The notes under the pieces are model-generated. The model was not told the origin of the DNA. It saw only the letters and a program-made list of their open reading frames with translations, and did no database searches. A stretch of 64,000 nucleotides of DNA from a bacterium (lineage in GTDB: Bacteria; Electryoneota; Electryoneia; Electryoneales; Electryoneaceae). Each line of letters starts with the position of its first letter. Within the stretch, counting starts at the first letter, position 1. The stretch covers positions 210,430-274,429 of the forward strand of contig CAXXKJ010000001.1 in the NCBI GenBank assembly GCA_963675295.2. The letters run 5' to 3'. Position numbers and translations under genes: made by a program. This document shows, piece after piece, positions 20,919 to 30,705 of the stretch.

Positions 20919-21155
20919 TCAGACTTCGATGCCTTTGCGACGGAGGTCGCGCAGCACCGGGCCTATGCCCTTCTTGTCAATCGTCTTCAGGGCCTTGGTC
21001 GAAATCTTCAAGGTGATCCAACGGTCTTCTTCCGGGATGTAAATCCGCTTCTTCTGCAGATTCGGCAGCCAACGGCGCTTGCTCAAGTTGTGCGCGTGGC
21101 TGACATTGTTTCCCGTCATCGGCTTCTTGCCGGTAACATCACAGCGGCGTGCCAT
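20919..21155 (-). CDS. rpmB: 50S ribosomal protein L28
   Basis: [34 protein letters not shown]. Confidence 0.97.
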   Translation of the reverse strand: MARRCDVTGKKPMTGNNVSHAHNLSKRRWLPNLQKKRIYIPEEDRWITLKISTKALKTIDKKGIGPVLRDLRRKGIEV

Positions 21156-21250
21156 CGTTCTATTCTCCAACAATCCGGTTTTTCTGACAGACGCGAAAGA
21201 TACACAGCGTCCCCCCGCCGCGCAAACACCGCAACAGGCCTCGGAGTCAC

Positions 21251-21583
21251 CTACATCACCACCCGCGCACGGTGCAGTCGGGTCAACGATAATGGCGTTC
21301 CCTGCACACGCAGATCATGTGTTTCACCGGCCAATGTGTGGAAACTGTCCCCAATCTGCTCCGGCTGAAAGAACGGGCCGAACTCCTGCTCCAGCAATAA
21401 TTGCGCGCTGATCCGAACCATCGACCCGTGCACCCGTTCCGCCGACATGATCTGGAAGCCACGCACCTCCCGGTGCGCATGCAGCAGCCGCATCAGATGC
21501 GCCGTCGCGACCGGCACCGCCGAGCCGTCCAACGTCGTCTCGAAATCAAACTGCGCCTGCGTGTCGACATACAACCGCGTCAT
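21251..21583 (-). CDS. Hypothetical 110-aa protein, paralogue of 21764..22096
   Basis: GGAG RBS before ATG 21583; aligns ungapped with its neighbour. Confidence 0.75.
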   Translation of the reverse strand: MTRLYVDTQAQFDFETTLDGSAVPVATAHLMRLLHAHREVRGFQIMSAERVHGSMVRISAQLLLEQEFGPFFQPEQIGDSFHTLAGETHDLRVQGTPLSLTRLHRARVVM

Positions 21584-21633
21584 CGGGGGCTCCGAAGATG
21601 ACAAGCACTCAGAGGACAACCGATCCCTTGCCA

Positions 21634-21735
21634 GGGGACATCTGAACAGGTTGCGGACGATTCCCGACGTGGGATACCGGATCGCTTGACAGTGGTTTCC
21701 TGGGGTGTCACGCTGTCACCTGTTCAGGTGTCCCC
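21634..21735. repeat. 18-bp inverted repeat between the paralogues
   Basis: GGGGACATCTGAACAGGT (21634-21651) and ACCTGTTCAGGTGTCCCC (21718-21735), one mismatch. Confidence 0.85.
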
Positions 21736-21763
21736 GTCACACAGGAGTATACACACAGGAAGG

Positions 21764-22096
21764 TCAGGAAACGAGCCGTGTTCGATACAACCGAATCAAC
21801 GGCGCGGGCACACCACGCACCGTCACATACTTCGCCGACCCGACCAGCGTCTCGAGTTGGGTACGAACGTGCGCCTTCTTCATCAACTCACGGTGCTCCG
21901 CCTCGTATCGCAGCTCGACATCCGCACGCAACTGACCACGCGCCAGCCGGCGCAACGACGTCACCTCATACTCGCGCACGCCGGCAATGCCATGCACCAA
22001 CCGCGTGAGATACCGCTGTACCGCCGGTTTCGCGGCGGCGTCCAACGGCGTGACAAAGTCAAAGCGCGCCAGATGTGTTTTCGATGACCAGGGCAT
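21764..22096 (-). CDS. Hypothetical basic 110-aa protein, paralogue of 21251..21583
   Basis: GGAGGG RBS; aligns ungapped with its neighbour. Confidence 0.75.
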   Translation of the reverse strand: MPWSSKTHLARFDFVTPLDAAAKPAVQRYLTRLVHGIAGVREYEVTSLRRLARGQLRADVELRYEAEHRELMKKAHVRTQLETLVGSAKYVTVRGVPAPLIRLYRTRLVS

Positions 22097-22262
22097 GATT
22101 CAACTGCCCTCCGGGCGTCACGGACCAATCAGGTACTGATTCCGTACACCCGTAAGATAACACATTGAACGGTTTGTTTGGAAATCCAAACAGTTGACGG
22201 GATAAATTGATGAGAGTGACGAGAGTCCATTGGGCAGGACAGAGAAAAGGTGTGAGCGACCT

Positions 22263-22306
22263 TCCTCACACCTCATGTCTCACGTCTCGAATCTCAAGTC
22301 TCGTTT
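22263..22306 (-). repeat. Degenerate 7-bp tandem array right after the nadB stop
   Basis: Minus strand reads gagactt gagattc gagacgt gagacat gaggtgt. Confidence 0.6.
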
Positions 22307-23908
22307 CTAAATCACCGTATCCCGTGTCCCGAGGATCGGATCGTAGTCAGGGTAGTCGGTGGTGGTATGCAGGCCGCGCGACTCACGCCGTTGCCGGGCG
22401 CATTTCACGATCAGCCGTGCCACTTGCGCCAGGCTGCGCAGCTCGAGGATTTCCGGCGTGACCAGGGTTCGCCGCCAGTAGTCTTCAACTTCGACGGTGA
22501 TCGTGGCCAGACGCCGCGCCGCACGTTGCAGACGCAGGTCCGAACGGATGATCCCGACGTAGTCTTCCATCAGTCCCTGAATTTCGTCGACGTCGTGCCG
22601 GATGAGAACGTATTCTTCATGATCATACGTGCCGGAGTCGTTCCAGACCGGCACCTCAGGCAGTTCTTCACCTGCTGATTCGGCGAGGATCCGTTTCGCT
22701 TCCGTCGAGGCCTGAGCCGCGAAGACCACCGCCTCGAGCAACGAGTTGGACGCCAGCCGGTTCGCACCGTGCAGCCCGGTGCACGCCACCTCGCCGGCGA
22801 CCAGGAGACGGTCGATCGTCGAATGCGCTTGAGTGTCGCTCAACACCCCGCCGCACTGATAATGCGCCGCCGGCACGACCGGGATCGGCTCACGCAGCAT
22901 GTTGATGTTGTGCTCATCACGCAGGGTGGTGTAAATCGTCGGAAATTCCTTGCGCAGCTTGTCCGGATCGAGGTGCGTGCAGTCGAGCCAGACATGCTCG
23001 AGACCATGCGTCTTACGTTGCATGTCGATGGCACGCGCGACAATGTCACGGCTGGCCAGTTCCTTGCGTGGATGCACCGCCTCCATGAACCGTTGGCCAC
23101 GATCATTGAGCAGAATCCCGCCCGCACCGCGCAACGCTTCGGTAATCAGAAACGCCCGGCCCTTACGATCCTGCTCATACAGCGCCGTTGGGTGAAACTG
23201 CATGAACTCGAGGTTGGCGATCCGTGCCCCGGCACGCCACGCCATCGCGACGCCGTCACCAGTCGCGATCGGTGGGTTGGTCGTGTTCTTCCACACCATT
23301 CCCATACCGCCAGACGCTAACAGCACCAGCCGCGCGGGAATCGTGTGCACCTGCCGCAGCTCGAGGTCGTAGACATACGCGCCGTAACAGCGCTTGTTGC
23401 GGGGACGAGTGTTCTCGTTAATGTGACGGTCTGTGATCAGGTCGATGGCATGGGCGTTTTCCCACAGTTCGACCTGCGGGTGCCGTTTCAACGAATCCAG
23501 CAGCGCCCGTTCCACCTCGAACCCGGTGCGATCCTCACGATGCACGATCCGGTGCTGGCTGTGGCCGCCCTCACGGCCGAGCGACAAACTGCCGCCTTCC
23601 TCGCTGAACTCCGCGCCCCAGTCCATCAGTCGGCGGATCTTGGCCGGACCCTCGTTCACCACCAGCCGCACGATGTCTTCCTTGCACAGCCCGGCGCCGG
23701 CCTCGAGTGTATCCCGGACATGCGCCTCGATGCTGTCCTCGTCACTCATCACGGCGGCGATACCGCCCTGTGCATAGTTCGTCGCCGACTCAGCACGGTC
23801 TTTCTTCGTGACCACGATGACCTTGCCGTGTTCGGCAACTTCCAACGCAAATGTGAGCCCGGCAATTCCGGACCCGATGACCAGCACATCCGCAGCTTCA
23901 GCCTTCAT
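22307..23908 (-). CDS. nadB: L-aspartate oxidase
   Basis: GSGIAGL, YAQGGIAAV, REGGHS, EFMQFHPT, LITEALRG, GLHGANRLASNSLLE, RESRGLH. Confidence 0.95.
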   Translation of the reverse strand: MKAEAADVLVIGSGIAGLTFALEVAEHGKVIVVTKKDRAESATNYAQGGIAAVMSDEDSIEAHVRDTLEAGAGLCKEDIVRLVVNEGPAKIRRLMDWGAEFSEEGGSLSLGREGGHSQHRIVHREDRTGFEVERALLDSLKRHPQVELWENAHAIDLITDRHINENTRPRNKRCYGAYVYDLELRQVHTIPARLVLLASGGMGMVWKNTTNPPIATGDGVAMAWRAGARIANLEFMQFHPTALYEQDRKGRAFLITEALRGAGGILLNDRGQRFMEAVHPRKELASRDIVARAIDMQRKTHGLEHVWLDCTHLDPDKLRKEFPTIYTTLRDEHNINMLREPIPVVPAAHYQCGGVLSDTQAHSTIDRLLVAGEVACTGLHGANRLASNSLLEAVVFAAQASTEAKRILAESAGEELPEVPVWNDSGTYDHEEYVLIRHDVDEIQGLMEDYVGIIRSDLRLQRAARRLATITVEVEDYWRRTLVTPEILELRSLAQVARLIVKCARQRRESRGLHTTTDYPDYDPILGTRDTVI

Positions 23909-24224
23909 CGGACAACACCTGCCATGGTGATGGAACAACGATCCTGTACCGCATCCCGGAACATACAACCGCAACGGCACATTTCGCTCACCCGGCTCGC
24001 CGGATTCCAGTCACCGGAACGTGTTCCGGTGATCCCTATCGGCGACGCAAGGTTGGACGTTCTGCCCCCGGGTTGCCAAATCAAATCATAAACCGGTTGC
24101 ATGTTTGCCAGCAACAGCCCTACACTAACTCTGTCCCTGCACAGCTTTCCACACGGCTTTCCAATCGCTGCTTATTCCGGTAGTTCCAAGGGTCTGGATG
24201 GGTTACGCCGGAAGGGGGGACGCG

Positions 24225-24491
24225 ATGAAACTCCACGCTGTCACGTTCGGTCTCGCTGCCGGAATTCTCTGGGGTGCGGCAATCTTTTTCGGCACCCTGT
24301 GGTTGCTCATCACCGGATCCGGCGGACACACCTGGCACCTGCTCAGCAACTTCTACCTCGGGTTCAGTTTCAGCTACCCTGGCGCGTTCATTGGCCTCAT
24401 CTGGGGCTTCGTGGACGGCTTCGTTGGTGGCTGGTTGCTGGCGACACTGTACAACCTGCTTGCAAGGAGAAAAGTAGCGCCTGCAACCTGA
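24225..24491 (+). CDS. Small two-TM membrane protein (family often labelled 'bacteriophage holin')
   Basis: MKLHAVTFGLAAGILWG...Y.G...GAFIGLIWGFVDG..GGWLLA.LYN. Confidence 0.7.
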   Translation: MKLHAVTFGLAAGILWGAAIFFGTLWLLITGSGGHTWHLLSNFYLGFSFSYPGAFIGLIWGFVDGFVGGWLLATLYNLLARRKVAPAT

Positions 24492-24645
24492 CCTTCGGTT
24501 GCGGTCGCACGATATCCCCCCGGATGCGGACAGGAGTGGCTACCCCCCGGATTTGACCACCACGGGATTCCAATGCTCCACGTACTTTACCCGTGAAACT
24601 GCACTGAGCTTCTGTCCGCATCATCGTTCATGCCCGGACGCTCAC

Positions 24646-24726
24646 TGTCCGTCTACGGACACAAATGCGCAGCTATCCAAGCTTTCCGCCTACTTTTCCG
24701 CCATTTCGTTCTGGACCGGAGTTTGC
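24646..24726 (+). promoter_or_regulatory. Putative enhancer palindrome and sigma54 -24/-12 promoter
   Basis: Palindrome TGTCCG-TCTA-CGGACA (24646-24661); TGG-ACCGGAGTT-TGC with GG-N10-GC spacing (24712-24726). Confidence 0.6.
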
Positions 24727-24779
24727 CTCTACGCTATGCAACGAAACTCTTCTTCTCCGTTTACGGGTAGAGGGATCCC

Positions 24780-27185
24780 ATGGCCGGCATCGACTTCCGT
24801 CTCGCTCTGCGTGTTCTGTCCAAGAATAAGCTGTTCACCGTTATCAACCTGCTGAGCCTCGCGCTTGGGATGTCATTCGCGGTGCTCATCCTCGGCTACA
24901 TCCTGCACGAATTCAGCTATGAGACCGTGCACGCGAACCGTGACCGGATTGTCAGGGTCGAGGGATCGGTCACCGACGAACATGGCACCCGCAGGTATGC
25001 CCGCGTCCCGCAGATCATCGGCCCAACCGCCGCTGAAGCTCTACCGGAGGTGGAACGCGCGGCCGAAGTGCGCTACCAGTACGAGACGGACGTCCGCATC
25101 GGCAAGCGGGAATTCAGCGCCGGGCCGACCATCTTCGCAACCACGGACTATCTGGACGTTTTCACCTTCCCGCTGACTCACGGCGACCCGTCCTCCGCGC
25201 TGAATGAACCATACCGCGTGTTGATTACCGAGGATGCTGTCGACGAATACTACGCCGGATCCAACCCGATGGGCGAGGAGATCCTGCTCGCCGACACACT
25301 GCACTGCCAGATCGCCGGTATTCTCAAGTCGATACCGTCAAACACGCAGCTGAAGTGCGATTTCATCGTTTCATATTCCACATTGACCGCCGGGAAGAAT
25401 GAATTCACGGACTGGACCACGTTCGACAATGATTTCGTCTTCCTGTTGTTGCATGACGACACCACATTGCCGGAGCTGGAGGTAAAGCTCAACGAGCTGT
25501 TCGCGGCCAATCTGCCGGAATCCGATCCGAACGACTACGCGCTGTGGGTCAAGCCGCTGAAGAAGATCTACTTCAGTGCCTACTATGATGGCACGCAGGG
25601 CGACATCTACCCGGCCGGCGAATGGGACATGATTTATTTCATGGGCGGGTTTGCGTTCTTCATCCTGGTCCAGGCGATCCTGAATTACGTCAACCTGTCC
25701 ACGGCACGGACCAGCCATCGCACCAAGGAAGTCAGCGTGCGCAAGATGTTCGGTGCCTTCCGTTCGCGGCTTGTGGTGCAGTTCTTTGCCGAATCACTGC
25801 TGCTGGTGCTGGTGGCGCTGGTTGTCAGCATGGGGTGCTACGAGCTCTTCAGTCCGGCGTTTCACAAGTTCGCCGAATATCGCGCGATGACTCTCGACCT
25901 GTTCGGCAGCAAGACGATGATCCTCGCGCTGTTCACGTTCTGGATCGTCGTCGCTGCCGCCGCCGGAGTGTATCCCGCGTTGTATATCACGCGCACCAGG
26001 CCGATCAACCTGCTGGCTGCCCATTCACGGATCAAAACCAGCAAGTCGTGGTTCCGGCGCATCATGGTTGTCTTCCAGTTCACCATCGCGCTGATCTTCA
26101 TCACGTCGTCGATCATCATGTACCGGCAGTTCACCTTCCTGCGACACATCGACCGCAACTTCCGCACCGACAACATGCTGGTGCTGAACCTCAATGAGGA
26201 CGAAATCGCTGACGCCGCGGGCAAAATGGAAATCCTCAAACGCGAACTGCAGCAAAGCGATCCAGCCCTGATTCTGACCCGTAGTTCGACTCCGCCCGGC
26301 GCGCCATCCAGCACGTTCTACGGACTCTTCCCCAACGAAGACCGGCAGGAGGATGACATGCTCATCTTCCAGCGTTTCGCTGGAGATCTGGATTTCCTGC
26401 GCACACTTGACTTGCGTCTCGTCTCAGGCAAAACGCTGGATGAGGTTGATCCGGAACAACGGGACAACGCCATTCTGGTTACGCAATCCGTTGTCGACAA
26501 ACTGGAGCTGGAGAATCCGATCGGGCACCGTTTCTTCGGACGCGGGGACAAGACCTACGAAATCGCCGGAGTGGTTGAATCATTCAACAGTGCATTTCAG
26601 TCGTGGCGCAATTCCGACCACATCATGATCACCACGCCGACCGAGCGATCCTCGTGGATCACGATTCAGATCCCGGAGGATCACGTGCAGGAAACCCTCG
26701 CCCTCGCTGCAGAGACGTGGGACAGCGTCATACCCGGAACGCCGTTCGCTTACCATTTCCTCGACGATCTGAGCATGTCAGAGTTACAGAGCGACATGGG
26801 CATCATGAAGCTGCTGTTCATTCTCTCGGCGATCACCATCATCATTGCCTGCCTCGGGGTGTATGGACTGGTATCCTTTGCCGCCGAACAACGAACTCGT
26901 GAGATCGGTATCCGCAAGGTGCTGGGCGCATCGGTGGGATCGGTAGTGTCGTTGCTGGCGAAAGAGTTCATCATCCTGATCCTCATCGCCAACGCGATCG
27001 CGCTACCGCTATCCAGGTTGATGATGAATGGCTATCTCAAGGGATTTGACTTCCGTGTGCCGGTAGGCATTGAAACCTTCTTGATGGCCGGATTGATCAT
27101 GATCCTGCTGGCAGTCAACGCAGCAGGCTGGCAGGCGTGGAAAGCAGCAAAGGTGAAGCCGGTGGTGTCGATGCGGCACCTGTAG
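24780..27185 (+). CDS. MacB/FtsX-type ABC transporter permease (duplicated periplasmic and FtsX domains)
   Basis: INLLSLALG, NYVNLSTAR...KEVSVRK, VVFQF, IACLGVYGL...EQRTREIGIRKVLGAS. Confidence 0.92.
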   Translation: MAGIDFRLALRVLSKNKLFTVINLLSLALGMSFAVLILGYILHEFSYETVHANRDRIVRVEGSVTDEHGTRRYARVPQIIGPTAAEALPEVERAAEVRYQYETDVRIGKREFSAGPTIFATTDYLDVFTFPLTHGDPSSALNEPYRVLITEDAVDEYYAGSNPMGEEILLADTLHCQIAGILKSIPSNTQLKCDFIVSYSTLTAGKNEFTDWTTFDNDFVFLLLHDDTTLPELEVKLNELFAANLPESDPNDYALWVKPLKKIYFSAYYDGTQGDIYPAGEWDMIYFMGGFAFFILVQAILNYVNLSTARTSHRTKEVSVRKMFGAFRSRLVVQFFAESLLLVLVALVVSMGCYELFSPAFHKFAEYRAMTLDLFGSKTMILALFTFWIVVAAAAGVYPALYITRTRPINLLAAHSRIKTSKSWFRRIMVVFQFTIALIFITSSIIMYRQFTFLRHIDRNFRTDNMLVLNLNEDEIADAAGKMEILKRELQQSDPALILTRSSTPPGAPSSTFYGLFPNEDRQEDDMLIFQRFAGDLDFLRTLDLRLVSGKTLDEVDPEQRDNAILVTQSVVDKLELENPIGHRFFGRGDKTYEIAGVVESFNSAFQSWRNSDHIMITTPTERSSWITIQIPEDHVQETLALAAETWDSVIPGTPFAYHFLDDLSMSELQSDMGIMKLLFILSAITIIIACLGVYGLVSFAAEQRTREIGIRKVLGASVGSVVSLLAKEFIILILIANAIALPLSRLMMNGYLKGFDFRVPVGIETFLMAGLIMILLAVNAAGWQAWKAAKVKPVVSMRHL

Positions 27186-27191
27186 GGCGCG

Positions 27192-28277
27192 CTATTCGGT
27201 ATCCACCCACGCCGGATAGTCGGTGTATCCTTCCGGGCCAGGAGTGAAATATGTTGACGGATCTGACTCGGCCAAGGGATGATCGTGACGCAGCCGCTCG
27301 ACCAAGTCCGGGTTTGAGATAAACGGACGCCCGAATCCGATCGCACGGGCGTGGGTCGTGTGCAACGCGTCCGCCGCCGTGTCGCTGTCATAGCCGCCAG
27401 TCAGGATCAACGGCGCGGTGACCAATTCATACAGCGGCGACGGATCCCATCCCTCGGGATCCGGCTGAATGTGAACCCACGCCAGCTTCTCCTGCGGCAA
27501 CGCCTGCAGCAGCACCGTGTATGTTTCTAACGGATTGTCGTCCGGAATCGCGGTGGGATTTCCTCCCGGTGAAATCCGAATGCCGATCCGTCCCGCACCA
27601 GCCGCTTCAATCATCGCGGACACGGTTTCCAGCACAAACCGGCAACGGTTCCGAGCTGAACCGCCGTAGTCGTCCGTGCGACGGTTCGTCCCCGACGACA
27701 GGAATTGGTGGCTGAGGTAGCCGTTCGCGCAATGCAATTCGACGGCGTCAAACCCAGCCGACAGTGCGTTGATCGCCGCCTTTCGGTGTTGATCGGTGAG
27801 GTCGTGGATCTCGTCAACCGTTGCGGCGCGCGGAACCGGTTTCGGCTGACGGCCGTCTGTGTCGGTCATGATATGGCCAGGCGCGGCGATGGCTGACGGT
27901 GCCACATGCCCAACCGGCTTGTACTGGTTCGCGGGATGGCCAACCCGGCCGACGTGCATCAACTGCACCGCGATCTTTCCGCCAGCCTGATGGACTGCAC
28001 CCGTGATGGTCGCCCATGCTCGCACCTGCTCCGGCGTGTGAATGCCCGGCGTACGCGGATAGCCCTGCCCCTGCCAGCTCGGCTGCATGCCCTCAGTCAG
28101 AATCAATCCCGCGGACGCTCGCTGCACATAATACTCCGCCGCCAACGGGGACGGGACACCGTCAGGGGTCGCCCGGCAACGCATCATCGGCGCCATCACA
28201 ATCCGGTTGGCCAGCTCGACCTTACCCAGAGTTGTCGGTGTAAACAGGATTAACCGATCCACACTCACCCGCATCAC
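27192..28277 (-). CDS. nemA: Old yellow enzyme / NemA-like alkene reductase
   Basis: NRIVMAPM.R.RA, YYVQRASAGLI, ELHCANGYL..QFL...NRRTDDYGGS, FGRPFISNPDL. Confidence 0.88.
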   Translation of the reverse strand: MMRVSVDRLILFTPTTLGKVELANRIVMAPMMRCRATPDGVPSPLAAEYYVQRASAGLILTEGMQPSWQGQGYPRTPGIHTPEQVRAWATITGAVHQAGGKIAVQLMHVGRVGHPANQYKPVGHVAPSAIAAPGHIMTDTDGRQPKPVPRAATVDEIHDLTDQHRKAAINALSAGFDAVELHCANGYLSHQFLSSGTNRRTDDYGGSARNRCRFVLETVSAMIEAAGAGRIGIRISPGGNPTAIPDDNPLETYTVLLQALPQEKLAWVHIQPDPEGWDPSPLYELVTAPLILTGGYDSDTAADALHTTHARAIGFGRPFISNPDLVERLRHDHPLAESDPSTYFTPGPEGYTDYPAWVDTE

Positions 28278-28290
28278 TCCCTTCAGTTGC

Positions 28291-30576
28291 TCACTTGATC
28301 AACGTGATTGTCCGCGAAGCCGTGTCCCATGATGGCGACTCGGCGCGCAGGAAATACGTACCCGACGCCAATCCCGCACCATCCAGCACGAGCTCAAGCG
28401 GGCCCGGCCCGGAGGAACCGTGATATAATGTACTCACCGGCTGGCCGAGCACGTTGTACAGCGTCACCGTCACCAGGCTTCGCTGCGGCACACCAACCTT
28501 GATCCGGCTGGCGGCATTGAAAGGATTCGGGTAGGTTTGCAGCAGCAGGCCGTGCGCATCTGGCAGTCCCGCGGACACGATTTCCGTCCCCGAGGTGGTG
28601 GTGTTGTAAACATGCACGCCGTACCAGTCTGAGATGAGCAGATGTTCGCCGTAGCTGCCCGCCGATTGACCGGACCCGTCCAGCGGAATCTGTTCCAACA
28701 CGATCACATTTTCCGGATCGCTGATATCAGCGAGGATCACGGCGGATTCCATCGTCACCCACAACGAATCTCCGGACACCTCCAGATCGACCGCGGTCCC
28801 GGGCAGGGTGTACGAGGCGAGGAGGACCGGCACAATCGGTTGCGTCACGTCGATCACATGCAATCCGGCCTGTTCGTCGCAAGCGTATGTGATCGTCCCC
28901 GCCAGCTCGACGTCAAGCAGCTGCGCCGGGGTTTCCAGCGTCGCGACGTGGGACGGTGCCTGTGGAGTTTCCACTAATACTACCCACATCCCGTCCTCGC
29001 AGGCGAGGAAGGCGTAGTTGCCACGCACCGCCAACGCTTCGGTGTACGCCTCAGTCAGCAACGACGACAACAGGATCGGCGCGGAGGGGTCGGACACGTC
29101 GTACAGCTCAATCCAGCCCGGCGGCATCGGGTTGACGCCCCACGCGCTGACCACCACCAGGTTGCCGTCCTTTGCCAGCCCGGTGTAGTGGTTGTTGTTG
29201 GTGACCACTTCCGAGATCAGCAGCGGATCGTCCGGCATGGTTACATCCACCACCGCCAACGGCAATCCCGCGCCGTTGACGTAGACATAATCTCCGCTGA
29301 CCAACAGTTGCCGGGCTGCGAAATTGAGCTCGGAAAACGTCACGTTGCCCAGCACCTGCGGCTCGGCCGGATCGCTGAGGTCGATGGTGTACAGCCCGTC
29401 GCCCTCGCTACCCACGTATGCCACATCGCCGGACGCCGCCACGTGGTTCACATAGTCCGGTGTGTCGTATTCTCCGGCGACTTGCGGATCGCCGGGATCC
29501 GACACATCCAGCACCCACAGGTTGTTGAAGGTATACCAGTCCTGACGGTCAGGCATGATGGTGAACGCCAGCCCGTCACCAGCCGCGACACGAGTCTGCC
29601 ACGTTCCGGTGGCGGGAGGATACGGCACCCCTTCGCCAGTCTGGCTCAGTTGCGCCGGGGAGGAGGGGTCGCTGATGTCGTAAACCACCAGCCCGGTCTG
29701 GCCGGCCGTATAGAACAGCGCGTCGCCGTCCACGGTCAGACACACATTCGGCGGACCGTCCGCTCCGAACACATTCCGCTGCGCGAGCAGTTCGATCGCC
29801 TGCGGGTCGGACACATCAACCACCGCGATCCCGCCGGAATTGATCATATTCGAATGCTTCCCGGCGAAGACCGTCGTGCCAACCGAGGTTACCTCGTGAA
29901 ACGACGTCTGGTTGATCTGCAATGCGTCCAGCTCGCTGATCGACTGCGGGTCGGAGGCGTCGTACAGACGCAGGCGCGATCCGTCCGCAATGGCGATGAT
30001 GTCATTATCCGTCACCGCTCCAGCGTAGCAGCCGGACGTTGAGATCGGGGTTTGCGATACAAGCGCGGGGTCCCACGGATCGGTCACATCGAGAATGGTC
30101 AGCTCCAGCAATGGGCCGAAGACATACAGCAGGTCGCCGCTGAACACGAGGTCGTTGATCTGCTCATCCGTTGCGAAAACGCTGATCCGGTTCAGCGAAT
30201 CCGGCTGGCTGAGCTCGTACAGCACCAAGCCCGTTCCATGCACCGCCGCAGCCAGCAGGTCGCCACCCTCATGCAGCACCAACCGGTACACCTTGTCGCC
30301 GGGGAAGCTGTCTGATGCCACCACTTGGGGGTCGGATGGGTCCGAGACATCCAGCACCTTAAGATTCCCGGAATGCGACTGCTGCCCATCCGCGAGGTAC
30401 AGGTAGCCGTTTGCGTAGACGAGATCGTAGAAATCGCCCGGGAACAGGACAGAGCCGAGGTAGTCGGTCTCGGCAACACCGGGAGGGGCGACAAGACCAC
30501 GACTCATAACGGGAAGGGGTGCGAGGGCAAGCAGAACACTCAGACTCAACAGGAGTTCGATACGGGTGCGCTTCAT
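28291..30576 (-). CDS. Secreted LVIVD-repeat protein with T9SS-type CTD (no pre-CTD module)
   Basis: GGAGG RBS before MKRTRIE; repeated L.V.DVSDP; TYPNPFNA...LASGTYF CTD. Confidence 0.87.
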   Translation of the reverse strand: MKRTRIELLLSLSVLLALAPLPVMSRGLVAPPGVAETDYLGSVLFPGDFYDLVYANGYLYLADGQQSHSGNLKVLDVSDPSDPQVVASDSFPGDKVYRLVLHEGGDLLAAAVHGTGLVLYELSQPDSLNRISVFATDEQINDLVFSGDLLYVFGPLLELTILDVTDPWDPALVSQTPISTSGCYAGAVTDNDIIAIADGSRLRLYDASDPQSISELDALQINQTSFHEVTSVGTTVFAGKHSNMINSGGIAVVDVSDPQAIELLAQRNVFGADGPPNVCLTVDGDALFYTAGQTGLVVYDISDPSSPAQLSQTGEGVPYPPATGTWQTRVAAGDGLAFTIMPDRQDWYTFNNLWVLDVSDPGDPQVAGEYDTPDYVNHVAASGDVAYVGSEGDGLYTIDLSDPAEPQVLGNVTFSELNFAARQLLVSGDYVYVNGAGLPLAVVDVTMPDDPLLISEVVTNNNHYTGLAKDGNLVVVSAWGVNPMPPGWIELYDVSDPSAPILLSSLLTEAYTEALAVRGNYAFLACEDGMWVVLVETPQAPSHVATLETPAQLLDVELAGTITYACDEQAGLHVIDVTQPIVPVLLASYTLPGTAVDLEVSGDSLWVTMESAVILADISDPENVIVLEQIPLDGSGQSAGSYGEHLLISDWYGVHVYNTTTSGTEIVSAGLPDAHGLLLQTYPNPFNAASRIKVGVPQRSLVTVTLYNVLGQPVSTLYHGSSGPGPLELVLDGAGLASGTYFLRAESPSWDTASRTITLIK

Positions 30577-30705
30577 CGTGCCTCCATGACTCAATCCAGC
30601 TTGCTTGAGTATATGAAAAAGTCTGCCACGGATCACCTCTTTCGTGGCAGACATGCGGTCAACACTCGTATCACTGTCGCGGGGTTATTGAGTCACCCCC
30701 CGGCA

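Noticed and set aside
24225-24491. Holin-like gene as evidence of a prophage
   Set aside because: No endolysin, structural or integrase genes nearby; the context is housekeeping.
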